A stretch of DNA of 39,557 nt from Octopus bimaculoides (taxonomy: Eukaryota), in contig NC_068989.1 in NCBI RefSeq assembly GCF_001194135.2, forward strand, positions 16,146,796-16,186,352, in the 5' to 3' direction. The notes below the pieces were generated by a model. It made no database searches. It worked only from the letters and a program-made list of their open reading frames with translations, and was not told the DNA's origin. Shown piece after piece: positions 35,640 through 39,557 of the stretch. The position numbers and the translations under genes were made by a program. Numbering within the stretch: position 1 is the first letter of the stretch; each line of letters opens with the position of its first letter.

Positions 35640-36013
35640 TCTTGTCGAACCGCTAAGATTTAAACAAAAAACACCGGTTGTCAATCGGTGATGGGAGAGA
35701 AACACAAAGTCACAGATACTTATACGCATAAATGTACATACATACATACATACATAAATATATATATATTTATTTATATATGTATGTATGCATATATATA
35801 TATATGGATACACGCACAGACACACACATTTATATACCCACACGCGCACACATACAATAGGCTTCTTTCGGTTTCTGTCTACCAAATCCACTCACAAAGT
35901 TTTGGTCGAACTGAGGTCTATAGCGGTAGACACCTGCCCCAAATACCATGCGGATTGAACCCGAAATTGTGTGGTTAGGAAACAAAACTTTAACCACAGA
36001 GCCATGTCTGTGC
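35640..36013 (-). mobile_element. SINE family A, diverged
   Basis: gaaccgctaag..accggttgtcaatcggtgatggg, internal (TA/CA)n, ggcttctttcggtttctgtctaccaaatccactcac..aaccacagagccatgtctgtgcc. Confidence 0.85.
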
Positions 36014-36019
36014 CATTCA

Positions 36020-36285
36020 ACATTGACATTATATCAGATCGTCGAAAAAGCAATGTCTGAGCATTTAACGAAGTAGCTGCTTAATTAGCTGGCTTGATTA
36101 CGCTTTTATTGCTACGTATCGTTTCAACTTTAGACGCTGAGAACTTTAATGCTTTTACAATATGCGTAACTTTTTCTTCTGCATCAAACCTATGTAAAAC
36201 AGCGAGTTTAACATCATGCATATTCCTTTCATGATTCCTTTTGTTACTACTGCCTTCATTTCCACTTAACGATCTCTTGAGAATC
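36020..36285 (-). mobile_element. Tigger/pogo-like transposase N-terminal (CENP-B-type HTH) remnant
   Basis: KRSLSGNEGSSNKR..HDVKLAVLHRFDAEEKVTHIVKALKFSASKVETIRSNKSVIK resembles .K..V..R...GE....IA..L....STV.TI..N...IK. Confidence 0.7.
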
Positions 36286-37029
36286 ATTATACAACAATGT
36301 ACATATTTGTAGCTAGATCCAACAGAAATAGACAAGTAAAGAAAGGAAGCTAAATAAAACAATAGAATCAGAGTATTGTAACGATTTTCTGCGTCTGAAA
36401 AATGTAGTTATCAAATATTTTGAACACGAGAACTGGAATGAATAAACGAATGGGCTGAAAAGTGACGTCAAAGGGTGAGATCTTGTACGAGCTGTGAGAA
36501 TGTACTGTATGGTTGATGTTAGTAACAGGACCCAGAGATAGAATGTTAAGAGCGACAAAAATAAAACATATGTGCTGAATTGGTGCCCAGAAAAACAAGT
36601 AGGGATGGAAGGAGAAAATAATTGTTAGCAAGAATATTGAGAAAAAGAAAAAAAAAACGTTTGACGATGATGAAGGCGTGCGGAGGTCCGTACGGAAAAC
36701 ACTTAAAAATACACAGCTTGAATGTGACACAACAAAGCTCTACAATATATTAACGGTATCAAGAATACTTTTATATAAGTAAATGATTTTGTCATTTTAT
36801 ATGACTTCCACGTAGCAATGATTAATAAAAGATTCTTACAAACTAAACAGGGAACATCTAAACCCAATACTGCAAATTACATTCAGATTAGACGAGAGAA
36901 GACCTTTAATAACGGAGATAGGGGTCTTATAGCATAAATGAGAAGTGGTGTGCATGTCATACCTAAATTTAAGATATGACGTTCGTAAACTAATAGGAAA
37001 CAGCAATACACAGATATGCAGACATAGAG

Positions 37030-37105
37030 TAGTCCTGGGGTCGATTCCTTCGACTAAAGGCGGTACTCTAGCATGGCCGCAGTCAAATGAGTGAAACAAT
37101 TAAAA
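37030..37105 (+). mobile_element. SINE family A 3' terminus only
   Basis: agtcctggggtcgattccttcgactaaaggcggtactctagcatggccgcagtcaaatgagtgaaacaa. Confidence 0.85.
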
Positions 37106-37940
37106 TAATAAAAGAATACATACATACATAATCAACCGTCGCGTTTCATTATATCCTCGTGCAATAACACTGAAAACTGTCACGAACAACAATACTAGAC
37201 ATGACATCAAAGCGTTCAACACTTCATGGATTTCAAATAATACGTTTAACAAAAGAGACAATATAATAGAATATCCTCACCACTAAACTTCCTTTACATC
37301 ACAAACAATTTGCATCAAGAAACACCTCGCCAAACCAAGGACAATTTTTCCTCAGACATCATTGTTCTGTGCCATATTAGAATACTTCTTGATTATCAAC
37401 ACACAATAACCACACAACGAAATAAAAAATAGTGTGAGACACCACCTCCGAGGGACAGTTTGCTCTCATATAAAAGACTTTAACTGCTATTGTTCTTGCT
37501 ACTGCCAACCCCCAAACCACCTCCAATCGCCTATGATTACATAGAGGGCACTGGGACACCTCTACAGTATCCTTAAAATACTATCACTTCTACACAGCCA
37601 AGCATAAGGAATTCATACACACAGAAAAATCCGCGATATTAATTCCTTTATTACTCCTCGGATGTAGATCACCCAACGCTGAATGCAGAGCAAAATCAAC
37701 TGTCGCGTTCTGACAGAACCTATTTCGCGTACCTCTGTTGTGGATACAAATAGAGTGAACGGAAATGCAGGTATATGTTCAGAATGTCATGCTGTACCCG
37801 AAATTATTCATCACTGTACATCAGTATGTGCAATACGCTCCTCAGCTAGAATGACATGGTATAACTAGGAAGATGGTTTCGTGGGTGGAACTTCATGGTT
37901 TCGTCGACTACGTGTAGTGTACCATAGAAATGATGGAGCA

Positions 37941-38192
37941 AGCGGCGAGCTGGCAGAAATTAAAGGCGGTGAGCTGGCAGAAATTAAAGGCGGTGAGCTG
38001 GCAGAAACGTTAGCACGCCGGGCGAAATGCTTAGCAGTATTTCGTCTGCCGCTACGTTCTGAGTTCAAATTCCGCCGAGGTCGGCTTTGCCTTTCATCGT
38101 TTCGGGGTCGATTAAATAAGTACCAGTTACGCACTGGTGTCGATATAAACAACTTAATCTGTTTGTCTGTCCTTGTGGGTAGTAAAGAAATA
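37941..38192 (+). mobile_element. Young SINE family B with triplicated head and 15-bp TSD
   Basis: Perfect TSD agaaatgatggagca at 37926-37940 and 38193-38207; B-box-like gagttcaaattcc; 24-bp head repeats. Confidence 0.95.
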
Positions 38193-38229
38193 AGAAATGA
38201 TGGAGCAGAACTGAGTTGGGACTCCACAA

Positions 38230-38580
38230 CAACAAGAGCAACAACACGAACAATAACACTATCTCCACTTACACTAGCACCAAGACTCATCGCTGCCGCC
38301 GCCACTACCACAATAACTAGATCTGTCACAAGTAACGTCACTAAGACCCACCACCATCACCACCAGCAGCTGGTGACGCCCAACACAAACACTATGAACA
38401 ACTAGACCCCCAACTGCTGTCACCCCATTAAAAACTACCACAAGCAAAACTATCAACCACTATCACCAACAAGTTCACCACCATTATTACTGTTATCACC
38501 ACAAACATGAAAAATCCCCCTACCAAATCTTTACCGTCACCATCATCATTATCAATAACATAACATGTTGCCATTACCAA
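38230..38580. repeat. Cryptic (ACC/AAC/ACT)n low-complexity tract
   Basis: Degenerate trinucleotide runs giving Thr/His-rich translations. Confidence 0.8.
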
Positions 38581-38587
38581 CCATATT

Positions 38588-38985
38588 TATTATTATTATT
38601 ATGGCTGGGTTCCAACCCGGGCCGCAGTAACAAAGTCCATCCGCCACATTTCTCGGTCCATCATCACTCCTGAATATGTTCTAGGCCAGTGTCCGCAGTT
38701 AAGTTGTCGATGTGTGACGTCGTTTTCCTCTTCTTACATCACAATGAAGTGGGGTTCCACAAGACTAATTTGGATGCTTCGAGGTAAGGGTGGCGCAAGC
38801 AGAGACCAGATAGTCGCAGCCGTCTTTGCTTGATCTTCTCGCAAACAGATAGTAGAGAGGAACGTCTACGAGGCTGCGCCATTCGGTAAGATATAAGCCA
38901 AACCTTCCTCCTATAATGCATTACAAGGATAAGAGTATCCCTGGCTACCTTGTGATTGAAAAAAAAATACACTCCACCAAGCATA
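38588..38985 (-). mobile_element. RTE-clade LINE 3' fragment with (TAA)n tail
   Basis: CEKIKQRRLRLSGLCLRHPYLEASKLVLWNPT..HIDNLTADTGLE..MMDREMWR..AARVGTQP* then TAA repeats (38588-38601); typical RTE RRLR.AGH..R..LVLW.P and MMDR..WR motifs. Confidence 0.85.
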
Positions 38986-39374
38986 AGATAATTAAGGTAT
39001 GATTAAAACCGTTGAGGGGCGAAACAATGACTGCAACAACAACAATGACAACAACAACAAATATAACTCCTAAGATAGCTACAACATTATGAAAGAATTG
39101 TAATAGCTTTTAAGCTACAAATTAACATATGGTGTGTTTCATGGGGTTTATATCAATGTCTCTTCTGTCTCTTTCTTGTTCTTTCTCCAACTCTTCTTTC
39201 TCCTTTCTGCTATTCTTACTAGTAAATTTTTTTTTTTTAGTATTGACGTTATTGTTGCCAATACATGAAACGTATTTTTCTCAGATGTGTATGGTTGTGC
39301 GCGCGCGCACATCTGCTTGTCTGTCTGTCTCTCTCTCTCTCTCTCTATCTATTTATCTATCTATCTATCTATCA

Positions 39375-39406
<32 letters not shown>

Positions 39407-39557
39407 ATCTATCAGTCTGTCTGTCTGTCTGTCTGTCTGTCTGCCTGTCTGCCTGTCTATCTATCTATCTGTCTATCTACCTCTAGTTGAAATTTACATA
39501 AAACAAGACGAAGACAGGTGTACGAACGAGCAAGTGTATTAGTTATATGTATATATA

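Noticed and set aside
37944-38010. CRISPR-like repeat array (also considered 26080-26168)
   Set aside because: Direct tandem units without unique spacers, in a eukaryotic TE context, with no cas genes.

Overview
Eukaryotic, AT-rich, repeat-saturated scaffold segment with many N-gaps, almost all flanked by microsatellites. The tRNA-derived SINE families and extreme microsatellite load strongly resemble octopus (inference from recall, not a database hit). No host gene can be called with confidence; only a few short splice-bounded exon candidates exist. Nearly all supplied ORFs are microsatellite or N-run artefacts. Interpretable content: three tRNA-head SINE families (called A, B, C here); decayed 3' fragments of RLE-type LINEs (R4/Dong-like, HERO-like); an RTE LINE 3' end; Tc1, DD37D/maT-like, mariner and Tigger/pogo transposase remnants; and a palindromic MITE-like element. 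Best observations: (1) a 532-bp non-autonomous Helitron-like element whose ends are fixed by reconstructing the interrupted transposase codon, with GAA mini-hairpins on one strand; (2) a TSD-flanked SINE inserted in frame, where a 27-bp deletion removes the SINE's own stop so an ORF reads through it; (3) recurrent tandem duplication of SINE 5' heads in two families; (4) a stack of R4/Dong-like 3' ends separated by (AAT)n, including a fused double-RLE ORF. I found no convincing new biological system; the findings are transposon-biology leads.
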